Below, in pieces: positions 38,823-47,956 of a stretch of 63,957 nucleotides of DNA. Both the position numbers and the translations under genes were made by a program. Where the stretch lies: positions 1 to 63,957 of IMG/VR virus record IMGVR_UViG_3300028840_000655; one strand, 5' to 3'. The notes beneath the pieces are model-generated. The model saw nothing but the letters and a program-made list of their open reading frames with translations, was not told the origin of the DNA and did no database searches. How positions within the stretch are numbered: position 1 is the stretch's first letter; every line of letters begins with the position of its first letter. Source of the stretch: a virus (lineage: Duplodnaviria > Caudoviricetes).

Positions 38823-39305
38823 ATGAGGCTCGTCGCAATCGACCCCGGACCAATCGAAAGCGCGTGCGTGTGGTTCAACGACGGCGACGTCTACGCACAC
38901 GACATCTGGCCGAATGACGAACTGCTCGGCACGCTCGCAGTCTCGCAATGGGTCGGCGAGTCGGACGCGGTCGTCATCGAGCAAATCAAGTCCTACGGCA
39001 AGTCGGTCGGCGAGGACGTCTTCGAGACGGTTTGGTGGACCGGGCGGTTCTTCGACCGGGCGGCGGGGCGGTTCATCCGGACCGAGATGGTCCCCCGTCG
39101 CAACGTCAAGATGTACCTGTGCAACTCGATGTCCGCGAAGGACAGCGACATCCGGCAACGGCTCATCGACATCTACGGCGGAACCGGAGGGCGGGAGAAA
39201 GCCATCGGGCGCAAGGCGTCTCCCGGTCCGCTCTACGGCATCAAGCGGGACGAGTGGCAAGCGCTCGCGCTCGCAGTCACGTTCAACGACACGGAGGTCT
39301 CATGA
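38823..39305 (+). CDS. RuvC-like Holliday junction resolvase
   Basis: LVAIDPG, VVIE, VK..L.....AKD and DEWQALALA motifs. Confidence 0.8.
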   Translation: MRLVAIDPGPIESACVWFNDGDVYAHDIWPNDELLGTLAVSQWVGESDAVVIEQIKSYGKSVGEDVFETVWWTGRFFDRAAGRFIRTEMVPRRNVKMYLCNSMSAKDSDIRQRLIDIYGGTGGREKAIGRKASPGPLYGIKRDEWQALALAVTFNDTEVS

Positions 39306-39964
39306 ACATTCTCGGCATCGACTTGAACGCGTGGCGTCCCAACGTCACGGAAGACGAGTTCGACAAGTTGCACGGTCTCGGCTGTCGGTTCATCGGCGTC
39401 CGGGTCTCGGCGAACAACGAGGCGGATTGGACCGCAGAGAAGTTCGTCGACATGGCGCGCGCTCGTGGTTGGGTCACGTTCGGCTACCACTACCTGTCCG
39501 CAGACAAGGGCGACTCGAACCTACAGAACGGCTACGAGCAGGGGAGGGTCTACGCCGAAGCGGCGTCCGCTCTCGACCTCGATGGGCACTTCCTTGACGT
39601 CGAAGACGGCGACACGCAATGGGCCGACGTCGTCGCAGCCGTCGAGCGTATGCGCGCGGGCACGGGCGAGGCCATCGGACTCTACAGCCGCCGGTCGTTC
39701 TTCGAGCCGAAGTTCGGCGAGCGCGATGACATCTTCGACTTCGAGTGGATGGCCGACTACCGCGAAGCACCGAACGGCGTGTGGTTGGCGAAGTGGGAAG
39801 AGTTCGCGGCGGAAGCCGAGAGCGACGAAGCGCTCTGGCAGTTCTCCGACGAACTCAAGTGGCGATACGACAAGGCGGACGGAACGAAAGCGACCCGAAG
39901 CGTAGACGGCAACCTCTTCGCAGGGTCTCAGGTCGACCTCTTGTACTACCTCAAGGGGCGATAG
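39302..39964 (+). CDS. GH25-family muramidase (lysin), catalytic domain only
   Basis: GIDL..W, GYHY, LDVE, GLYS, WMADY, LWQF and VDGN motifs. Confidence 0.85.
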   Translation: MNILGIDLNAWRPNVTEDEFDKLHGLGCRFIGVRVSANNEADWTAEKFVDMARARGWVTFGYHYLSADKGDSNLQNGYEQGRVYAEAASALDLDGHFLDVEDGDTQWADVVAAVERMRAGTGEAIGLYSRRSFFEPKFGERDDIFDFEWMADYREAPNGVWLAKWEEFAAEAESDEALWQFSDELKWRYDKADGTKATRSVDGNLFAGSQVDLLYYLKGR

Positions 39965-39999
39965 TCACCATTCATCATCCGAGCAGAAGGGAAGGGAAC

Positions 40000-40707
40000 A
40001 TGAAGCGCACAGCGCTAATCATGGGTCTGCTCGTCGCGCTAATCGCGGCGGGAAGCGCTCCGGTCACGGCGACGAAGCCGAACCCGGAACACAAGGTCAT
40101 CGTCTGTCACGCGACGGCGGACTTCATCAAGGGCGAGCGAAAGTACGTTCGCGTCAACGTCGACATCGCATCGAGCGGCTACGTTCAGGGAGGTCATCAC
40201 GACCTCGATGACCCGGACACGCTCGGCGCGAAGCACGCACGCGGCGGCGACATCATCCCGCCGTATCAGTACGGGGACTTCGCCTATCCGGGCCAGAACT
40301 GGACGAGCGAGGGTCAGGCCATCTGGTCGAACGGTTGCGTCGTTCCTCCCCCTCCCCCGCCTGTCGTCCCGCCGGAGCCTCCGAAGCGCGTCGTCTTCGC
40401 TCCCCGCGCGTCGTCCGTCGTGTGCGGCGACCCCCGCGTCAAGGCGTGGCTCGACAACCGGCGCTCGAACGTCGCAGCGCAGTACCGCATCCGGTTCGTC
40501 CGGGCGAAGGACGGTCAGGTCCGCGTGGACTACCGGACCGTCGCTCCGAAGGCGATGAAGGTCTGGGGCTGGCGTTGGGTCAAGGGCGGCGGAACCTACT
40601 TCTCGGTCAAGGTCCGCAAGGCCGGGACCGACAACGGATGGCGGACGCTCATCGGCAAGCGCATCTATCAGGGCGCTCCGTGGGGCACCGGAAGGTGCAT
40701 CAAGTAG
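40000..40707 (+). CDS. Secreted protein with signal peptide, KVIVCHAT domain and Pro linker
   Basis: MKR plus hydrophobic stretch at the N-terminus; PPPPPP linker. Confidence 0.75.
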   Translation: MKRTALIMGLLVALIAAGSAPVTATKPNPEHKVIVCHATADFIKGERKYVRVNVDIASSGYVQGGHHDLDDPDTLGAKHARGGDIIPPYQYGDFAYPGQNWTSEGQAIWSNGCVVPPPPPPVVPPEPPKRVVFAPRASSVVCGDPRVKAWLDNRRSNVAAQYRIRFVRAKDGQVRVDYRTVAPKAMKVWGWRWVKGGGTYFSVKVRKAGTDNGWRTLIGKRIYQGAPWGTGRCIK

Positions 40708-40907
40708 CCGCCACTAGACACTAACCATATCGGGGCGTAACATCGTCCCCTCAAAGAGACCCCTCCGAAGGGGTGGACCGCCGGTACTGTCCGACTGCTC
40801 AAGGACAGCATCGGCGGTCCTTCTGTTTGCAGTCATACGTACTTTCACGTAGGGTTCAGCCAAGCCTGCTCGACTACATCACCCCATACCTTCGGAGGGT
40901 CATCGCA

Positions 40908-41189
40908 TTGGGCGAACTGTCTGACGCTGTCCTTAGCACCGTCGTCGAGAAGGGACCGAAGTGTTCGGTCGCGTTGTTCATTGAGCAGCATCCGGGAGCG
41001 AGTGACGACCTCGCGTCGTTGCTCCGGATGAACAGCGTCCCGGCGACGCTCATCTGCAACAACATCAACTCCATCTTCGGCGTCGAAATCAACCCCGACA
41101 TCATGCGGCGGCACCGTCGCGCTGTGACCGGGTCTCAAATCGGCGACAAGTGCGCCTGTCAGCCGCTACCCGCCAAGGGCAAGGGCTAG
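40908..41189 (+). CDS. Hypothetical protein with Cys/His motifs
   Basis: GGAGGG RBS before TTG; upstream promoter TAGACA-17-TAACAT. Confidence 0.6.
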   Translation: MGELSDAVLSTVVEKGPKCSVALFIEQHPGASDDLASLLRMNSVPATLICNNINSIFGVEINPDIMRRHRRAVTGSQIGDKCACQPLPAKGKG

Positions 41190-41195
41190 CGGACG

Positions 41196-42176
41196 ATGGG
41201 GGAACTCAAAGACCGGGTCGACGAGGTCAGGGCCGACCTCGCAGGCAAAGACCCCCGGTGGCTCAGGCTCGAAGACATGGTCGCCGAACTCGCGGGCGAG
41301 GGGTACGACTTCTCGGTCCTCGATGGCAACGTCATCGTCGGCAACCCGGACCGGACGCACGAGTACCATGCGGACGTTCTGCCGAAGGGCAGGGCGTCGC
41401 TCGCAGTCATCTCCGACACGCACTTCGGCTCGACATACGAGCAGTTGACGGCGCTCCGGCAGTTCATCGCCGAAGCCGACGACCACAACGACGGCGACGG
41501 CGTCGACGCCATTCTCCACGCGGGGGACTTGACGCAGGGCACGCCGAAAGCGCATCGCGGCATGGAACACGAGGTTCATCTGCGGTCGGTCGACGGGCAG
41601 GCGGGCTACACGGCGGAGGTTCTGCCGCGCTCGCGTCACGGCACGCCGTACTACGTCATCACGGGCAATCACGACGATTGGTGGCTCAACGAGTCAGGCG
41701 CGAACGTCGTCCGCATGGTCTCCAACCGACGCGACGATGTCCGCTACATCGGGCAGGACGCGTGCTACTTCACCCTCAAGGGCGAGGAAGCCGACCTCCG
41801 GACCTATCTCGTCCACCCGGACGGCGGGCAGTCGTACGCGAAGTCGTACAAGCCGCAGAAGTTGACCGAAGCAATCCCCATCGACAGCCGGACCCAACTC
41901 GCCATCATCGGGCACTACCACACGTTCGGCGTGTTCGAGGTCCAGAAGACCATCACCATCATGCAACCATGCTTCCAAGGGCAGTATCCGTGGATGGTCC
42001 GCAAGTCCTTGTACCCGACCATCGGTGGCATCATCATCGACATCGAGTTCGACGAAGGGGCGGTCTCTCGGTTCGACTGGTCCCTTCGCAAGTACCCGGA
42101 ACTGACGGAGGACTATGACCGCGAAGCATCCGCTCGCTGGCAGCGACCCGGCGGCGTTCTGCCGGAGGACGGCTAG
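41196..42176 (+). CDS. Calcineurin-like metallophosphoesterase
   Basis: SDTH, GD, GNHD, H and GHYH motifs. Confidence 0.9.
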   Translation: MGELKDRVDEVRADLAGKDPRWLRLEDMVAELAGEGYDFSVLDGNVIVGNPDRTHEYHADVLPKGRASLAVISDTHFGSTYEQLTALRQFIAEADDHNDGDGVDAILHAGDLTQGTPKAHRGMEHEVHLRSVDGQAGYTAEVLPRSRHGTPYYVITGNHDDWWLNESGANVVRMVSNRRDDVRYIGQDACYFTLKGEEADLRTYLVHPDGGQSYAKSYKPQKLTEAIPIDSRTQLAIIGHYHTFGVFEVQKTITIMQPCFQGQYPWMVRKSLYPTIGGIIIDIEFDEGAVSRFDWSLRKYPELTEDYDREASARWQRPGGVLPEDG

Positions 42177-42353
42177 TGTTGTGCGGCGTCCTCCGCATCG
42201 GTCCGTCGTTCACATTGGTCGCGGTCGCGGTCGGGTTGCTCGTGTCGAACGGTGGCGCTCTGACCGTCTGCGCGGTGCGTTCCGTGTGTCATGTGTGCAT
42301 CTAACAAGGAATACGTATCGTGAACGTGCGCTATGCTCAGGCAGACTCGTGTC

Positions 42354-42716
42354 ATGACGAGCGAGCAAAGCGTGAACGGCAACGGGAGACCAACTTGGCA
42401 GGACATCCGGTCGGTCGAGGCGGCTCTACGTGTCGAGTGGGAGGGCGACCTTCGCGCTCTCCGTGTCGAGTGGTCCGATGACGTCAAGCGCATCGAGAAG
42501 CAAATCGACGAAGCCATACAGCGCGACCGAGAGCGCTGCGCGGCGTCGCTCACAGCCATGATGGAAGACGTCAAGGCTCTCAAGGCGCACCAACGGGAGA
42601 CCGAGCAGTTCCACGACCGCCTACGGGGCGCGTGGATGCTCATCGTCTTCCTCATCGGGAGCAATCTGGCACTCGTACTTCTGACGTTGCTCGGATTGGT
42701 CGTCGCACTCAGGTAG
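42354..42716 (+). CDS. Coiled-coil protein with C-terminal transmembrane helix (lysis cassette)
   Basis: Hydrophobic C-terminus; adjacent to the peptidase and holin. Confidence 0.65.
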   Translation: MTSEQSVNGNGRPTWQDIRSVEAALRVEWEGDLRALRVEWSDDVKRIEKQIDEAIQRDRERCAASLTAMMEDVKALKAHQRETEQFHDRLRGAWMLIVFLIGSNLALVLLTLLGLVVALR

Positions 42717-42736
42717 GAACCCAACAGGGAGGGCAT

Positions 42737-43483
42737 ATGGCGACAGCCGCACAGCGTCGACGCCGACACGTCAAGCGCATCCTCGCGCGACGGAACCGCT
42801 ATCAGTTCGGGCAACCGGCATCGACGACCAATCTGGTCGGCGGCGGGTCGTTCGCCTGTACCGATACGTGCATCCAACTCATCGTGTGGATGGCGAAGGG
42901 CAAGAAAGTCACGCTCAACGACGTCAGGCGTCGCTCAGGCGGTCCGAAGGGTTCGAGCCGGTTCACGCCGGGGATGCGCGGTCTGGTCCCGTCAGAAGCG
43001 CTCAGGGCGCTCCGTTCGTACGGACTCGACTACGAACTCCGCTCACTCGGCGCGAGGGACTTGCTCCGCATCGCGCGCAATCGCGGTCCCGTCATCATCG
43101 CCGAGCAGTATTGGGCGCACCCGCAATGGAAGGGCTACCGCTACGCCGGTCGCACGCTCCGGGGCTGGTCGACCTCGCACGCAGGCAAGCGCATCCGCGT
43201 CGGGTTCGCTCGACCCCGGACCCGCGCTGGTCTGACGCAATGGAACTTCCGGGGCAACCATGCGGTCTTGCTCGCATCGGCGTTCGTCGCCGGTCTCGAC
43301 AACGTCGAGCAGAGCATCGGTCTCGTCCGTGACCCGAACCACAACTCGTCGGTCCGACCGGAGCGTCCGAAGTGGGACGTCGTCACGCCACAGCAGTTGA
43401 ACCGCATGTCGAACTCCATCCGCAACGCGTACTACGGGCGGCGACTCGCCTACGTGCCGAAGAGGAAGGTCATCAACGCATGA
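42737..43483 (+). CDS. C39-like (papain-fold) peptidase, candidate endolysin
   Basis: YQ...C..TC, NHAVLL and DPN catalytic-triad pattern; lies upstream of the holin. Confidence 0.65.
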   Translation: MATAAQRRRRHVKRILARRNRYQFGQPASTTNLVGGGSFACTDTCIQLIVWMAKGKKVTLNDVRRRSGGPKGSSRFTPGMRGLVPSEALRALRSYGLDYELRSLGARDLLRIARNRGPVIIAEQYWAHPQWKGYRYAGRTLRGWSTSHAGKRIRVGFARPRTRAGLTQWNFRGNHAVLLASAFVAGLDNVEQSIGLVRDPNHNSSVRPERPKWDVVTPQQLNRMSNSIRNAYYGRRLAYVPKRKVINA

Positions 43484-43701
43484 ACAACCCGGACTATCTG
43501 CCACGAGACGACGACTTCCTGACGGACGTCCCGCCGGAGGACGAGCCGGTCGCAGGCGAGGCGACAGAGAACGAGGTCGACGAACGCGACGAGGATACGG
43601 CGGACGTCATCCCGGCGACGGACGAGGAAGAGGGATACGACGAGGACGACCCAGCGGTCGACCACGCCATCTACGGCGACCCAGAGTCAACGGAGGGATA
43701 G
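43480..43701 (+). CDS. Small acidic protein
   Basis: ATGA coupling; very D/E-rich. Confidence 0.6.
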   Translation: MNNPDYLPRDDDFLTDVPPEDEPVAGEATENEVDERDEDTADVIPATDEEEGYDEDDPAVDHAIYGDPESTEG

Positions 43702-43706
43702 GGAAC

Positions 43707-43991
43707 ATGGACGGCATCAAGGACGCACTCAAGCGGCTCTTCCGCGAATACCAACTCATCTCCGGAGCCATCATCGCAACGCTCGCAGTAGCGGTCGCGA
43801 TGGATTGGGTCACAATCACCGACGAGCAATGGCCCATCGTCCTGTCCGCCATCGTGGCGTGGTTGCTCGTCCTCCGCTTCCTGTCGACTCCGGTATCCGA
43901 CCCGGTCCTCCGTCCCGGCACGATGGTCAACGTCGACTCGTCATGGCCGACGTCGGTCGTCGCGGCGCTCGAAGAGGACGACGAGGCATGA
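43707..43991 (+). CDS. Holin (two transmembrane helices)
   Basis: Two hydrophobic segments; TPVSDP motif of actinobacterial-type holins. Confidence 0.7.
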   Translation: MDGIKDALKRLFREYQLISGAIIATLAVAVAMDWVTITDEQWPIVLSAIVAWLLVLRFLSTPVSDPVLRPGTMVNVDSSWPTSVVAALEEDDEA

Positions 43992-44203
43992 CCGGCGTCG
44001 ACGACCCGTATCTCGAAGAGACGGCGCGTCTCCGGGGGAACCGACAACAGGAATGGCTCGACGAAGAGTTCGGGGAGCGCATCGAAGGCTATCTCGGCAC
44101 GGTCCATTGGTATGACGACCCCGGCACCGTCTCGCTGGTCCTCATCTTCGCTGTCGTACTCGGCGGTCTCGTGGGTTTGCTCGTAGGGGTAATCGTCCGC
44201 TAG
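43988..44203 (+). CDS. Small membrane protein
   Basis: C-terminal transmembrane helix. Confidence 0.6.
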   Translation: MTGVDDPYLEETARLRGNRQQEWLDEEFGERIEGYLGTVHWYDDPGTVSLVLIFAVVLGGLVGLLVGVIVR

Positions 44204-44212
44204 AGTCCGTTC

Positions 44213-44731
44213 ATGCGGATTGTCAACCCCGGCGAAGGCGACATCATCACCGAGCCGGAGCGCGAAGAGTGGGAACAAGAGGTCTACGATGTCGTCCCGA
44301 CGCCACCTAGAAAGCGTGGCAAGGGGCAGGGTCGTCCCTCGAAGCGTACGCCGGAGCGAGCGGTCGTCATCATCGCTGCGCTGCGCGAAGGTAGTACCCG
44401 CGAAGGTGCAGGAGCGGTAGCGGGCATCTCGGCGCGACGTCTCAACGAGTGGTATCGCGACAACGAAGACTTCCTCGAACTGGTCGAGAAGGCGGAGCGG
44501 TTCGCACAAGCCGACATGCTCAAGGGCATCCGTCGCGCAGGGCGAGACCAATGGCAGGCTCTCGCGTGGTTGCTCGAACGCCGATGGCCGGAGCAGTTCG
44601 CGAAGCGCGAGAAGACGGACGTCGTCATCGAGGTCAGGTCGTACGTGCAGCAGTTGGCAGAGAAGCATGGCGTCGATGAGTCGGAGGTCATGGCGCGGCT
44701 CGCAGCGGTCGCAGCGTCGAGGCAGGGCTAA
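44213..44731 (+). CDS. terS: Terminase small subunit
   Basis: GRPSK.TPE HTH and WQALAWLLERRWPE motifs; precedes TerL. Confidence 0.85.
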   Translation: MRIVNPGEGDIITEPEREEWEQEVYDVVPTPPRKRGKGQGRPSKRTPERAVVIIAALREGSTREGAGAVAGISARRLNEWYRDNEDFLELVEKAERFAQADMLKGIRRAGRDQWQALAWLLERRWPEQFAKREKTDVVIEVRSYVQQLAEKHGVDESEVMARLAAVAASRQG

Positions 44732-46282
44732 GTGAGCATCGCAGCCGCTCCGAAGTTCCCGTCGAACTGGCAGGACATCGCGGACGGCATCGTCGTCGAC
44801 CTCGAACTCGAAGCGGAAGCCGCGAAGGAACGCGAGAGCAAGGTCGCAGCCGTCCGGGAGGACGTGCGTGAGTTCGCGAAGTACGTGTGGCTCAACGACC
44901 CGAACCGGGGACCAATCCCCTTCGACATGTGGGACTGGCAGTTGGGTCTGCTCGACCTGTGGGCGAACGAACCGGCGGTGTGCGTCCTCAAGGCGCGGCA
45001 GTTGGGCGTCTCGTGGCTCGTGGCTGTCTACGTCGTCTGGCGCGGTCTCTTCAACCACGGGCAACGCATCCTGCTCGTCTCCATCGGGCAGCGCGAAGCC
45101 GACAAGTTGTTGGAGAAATGCAAGTTCATCATCGACATGCTCCCCGATTGGCTCAAGCCGCCGGTCGGGACGTACGTCGACAACGTCACGCGGCTCCGGT
45201 TCGACCTCGTCGACAGCGAAATCGAGTCCCTGCCAGCATCCGGCGGCGTCGGTCGCTCCCGGTCGGCATCGCTCGTCGTCCTTGACGAACACGCGTGGCA
45301 GGCGCGCGACCGCGAAATCTGGACCGCCATCAAGGCGACCGTCGAGCATGGCTCCATCATCTCCATCTCGACAGCCAACGGACTCGGTCCGCTCCACACG
45401 CGCATCTACAAGTCGGCGAAGCAAGACAAGGGCCGGTTCATCCCCGTCTTCATCCCGTGGTCTGCCGACCCCCGGCGCAACGAGACGTGGTACGAGGCAG
45501 AGCGCGAAGAGTACGAACTGGCCGGACAGGGCGATGAGTTCGTGCAGGAGTACCCGGCGAACGACGAAGAGGCATTCATCGTCACCGGCTCCCCGGTGTT
45601 CAGCGCTCCCGTCCTCTTGGCGTTGCCGCAGGAAGCCGTAGAACCAACGGAGCCGGGACTGTGGGTCTACCGCAGGCCGGAACCCGGCGCGCGCTACGCC
45701 ATCGGCTGTGACACGTCTGAGGGCGTCGCAGGCGGCGACTGGTCGAGTGCGACCGTCCTCAAGTTGGAGCAGGCCGAGACGGACGCTGGTCTGCCAACGT
45801 ACCGGGCCGAACAGGTCGCGCAGTTGCGGGGCCGATGGGAGCCGGAGGTCTACGCGAAGAAAGTCGATGCGCTGGCGCGGTACTACGCGAAGGCGACGGA
45901 GCGGAAGCGCGGCACCATGCACCACGTACAGGTCGGGGTCGAGCGCAACAACCACGGACACGCGGTTCTCGTCGTCCTACGTCAACTCAACCCGCAGGAA
46001 GACCCGTACACGCTCACGGCATGGGGCGGCAAGGTCGGATGGCTCACGAACAAGCAAACGCGTCCCATCATCCTTGACACGTTCGCCGGGGCGGTCCGGG
46101 CGGGGGACATCGCGATACACGACCCCGGCACCATCTCGCAGATGTCGACGTTCAGCCAAACCGCAAGCGGCGGCGAGGCGCAGAGCGGCTACCATGACGA
46201 CGACGTCCTCGCAGCAGCGATAGCGTTCGTCCATGCGAGGCGCGCGTTCGGCGTCACCGTCGAGATGCGGAAGCGGGAGTAG
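44732..46282 (+). CDS. terL: Terminase large subunit
   Basis: LKARQLG (Walker A), VVLDE, ISTANG, GCD.SEG...D.S, VERNNHG and HDD motifs. Confidence 0.97.
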   Translation: MSIAAAPKFPSNWQDIADGIVVDLELEAEAAKERESKVAAVREDVREFAKYVWLNDPNRGPIPFDMWDWQLGLLDLWANEPAVCVLKARQLGVSWLVAVYVVWRGLFNHGQRILLVSIGQREADKLLEKCKFIIDMLPDWLKPPVGTYVDNVTRLRFDLVDSEIESLPASGGVGRSRSASLVVLDEHAWQARDREIWTAIKATVEHGSIISISTANGLGPLHTRIYKSAKQDKGRFIPVFIPWSADPRRNETWYEAEREEYELAGQGDEFVQEYPANDEEAFIVTGSPVFSAPVLLALPQEAVEPTEPGLWVYRRPEPGARYAIGCDTSEGVAGGDWSSATVLKLEQAETDAGLPTYRAEQVAQLRGRWEPEVYAKKVDALARYYAKATERKRGTMHHVQVGVERNNHGHAVLVVLRQLNPQEDPYTLTAWGGKVGWLTNKQTRPIILDTFAGAVRAGDIAIHDPGTISQMSTFSQTASGGEAQSGYHDDDVLAAAIAFVHARRAFGVTVEMRKRE

Positions 46283-46321
46283 ACGCATCGTCTACGCTAC
46301 GGGAATGTACAGGGGCGTCAG

Positions 46322-47947
46322 ATGACAGAGAAGAGCAAGGGACCGCTCATCACGAAGGCGTGGGTCTTCGACGGACCGGGCGGGGTTCGCATCGCGAAGG
46401 CGGAAGCCGACAGCCAGCAGTTGCCGGACGACCCGTTCAACTACAGGCCGGACTCGACATCCAGCGGTCTCATCCGTCCGCCGATGTCGATGGATGGGTT
46501 CGCGGCGCTACTCGGCGGACCGTACGGTTCAGGCAACACGCTCCACGCTCGATGCGTGGCGCAGAAGGCGTCTGACGTCGTCGGGCGCGGCATCGAACTC
46601 CGTGCCATCGAGGACGAGGACGAGAACGAAGAGGGCGCACAGGGCGCGCAGGCCGAAGAGGACCGATACAACGCTTGGCTCGAAGGCGTCGAAGACGACG
46701 CGCAGCAGGAGTGGTCGTTCAAGGAACTCCTGACGAACGTCTGGTCCGACTACGAGAGCATCGGTTGGGGCGTCATGGAGTCAGGACGCAATCTCGGCAC
46801 CGGACTCCCCGATGGGCTGTGGCACGTCCCCGCTCACACGATGCGCGCACACAGCGACCACGTCCGCTTCGCGCAGACGCGCGGCGACAAGTTGGTCTGG
46901 TTCAAGCGCTTCGGCATCGAGGGGGATGTCGACAAGACGGACGGCGAGTGGTATCCGGAGGGGCTTCCCCCGGAGCGGCGCGGCAACGAGGTCATCGTCA
47001 TCCGCAACTACACGCCGATGTCGTCGTACTACGGACTCCCCGACATGGTCCCGGCGCTCGGCGCGTTCGCGGGCTGGTCGGCACAGCAGCAGTTCAACGT
47101 CAGGTTCTTCGACAACCAAGCCGTTCCGAGCATGGCCGTCGTCATCGAGGGCGCGGAACTGTCCGACGAGGTCGAGGCGACCATCTATGACCACTTCGAG
47201 CGCATCAAGGGCGACCCGTCTCGCACCATCGTCATCCCAATCCCCGGCATCCCCGGCATCGCCGAGCAGTTCCAACCGAAGTTGCGCTTCGAGAAGTTGT
47301 CGACCGAAATCAAGGACGCGTCGTTCCGCATGTACCGGCAGGACATCGCGTTGGAGACGTGCATCGCGCACGGCGTTCCCCCGTACCGCATCGGCTGGCC
47401 CATCGTCGGCAGTCTCGGCGGCTCCACGGCGGAAGAGATGACGCAAATCTACAACGACAGCATCGTCCAGCCGAGACAAGAGACCATCGAGAAGCGTCTC
47501 AAGCGGACCATCCTCGGACCCAACGGTCTCGACATCACGTCGTACGAACTCAAGGTCAACGAACTCGACGTCAGGAACGAGATGCGGGACTTGGAGAAGT
47601 CGCAGAAGATGTACGAACTCGGCATGTCGACCCCGAACGACGCTATCCGGTTCTTCGGGATGGACGAGCGCGAGGACGAGGGCGGCGACGAGTACATCAA
47701 GGTTCCGCTCGCAGCGAACAAGGGCACGACTTCGACCCCGGACGAGTCACCGATGCCAGCGTTCGGCGCTCCCCCTCCGCCACCTACGGCAGAGCCGGAG
47801 GACAACCCGTTCGTCGAAGAGGCGGTCGCGAAGTATTGGCGCGACCAACTCCGGGACATCACGGACCTCAAGGAACGCGTCGCGAAGGCTCTCGGAGACG
47901 ACCTGACGGCTCTCGAAGAGGAAGACCCGGTTCGAGCGCTGGCGTAG
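46322..47947 (+). CDS. Portal protein (PBSX/HK97-like)
   Basis: YYGLPD, FFDNQAVP, HGVPP and TPN...R motifs; synteny. Confidence 0.95.
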   Translation: MTEKSKGPLITKAWVFDGPGGVRIAKAEADSQQLPDDPFNYRPDSTSSGLIRPPMSMDGFAALLGGPYGSGNTLHARCVAQKASDVVGRGIELRAIEDEDENEEGAQGAQAEEDRYNAWLEGVEDDAQQEWSFKELLTNVWSDYESIGWGVMESGRNLGTGLPDGLWHVPAHTMRAHSDHVRFAQTRGDKLVWFKRFGIEGDVDKTDGEWYPEGLPPERRGNEVIVIRNYTPMSSYYGLPDMVPALGAFAGWSAQQQFNVRFFDNQAVPSMAVVIEGAELSDEVEATIYDHFERIKGDPSRTIVIPIPGIPGIAEQFQPKLRFEKLSTEIKDASFRMYRQDIALETCIAHGVPPYRIGWPIVGSLGGSTAEEMTQIYNDSIVQPRQETIEKRLKRTILGPNGLDITSYELKVNELDVRNEMRDLEKSQKMYELGMSTPNDAIRFFGMDEREDEGGDEYIKVPLAANKGTTSTPDESPMPAFGAPPPPPTAEPEDNPFVEEAVAKYWRDQLRDITDLKERVAKALGDDLTALEEEDPVRALA

Positions 47948-47956
47948 TCTGGCGTC

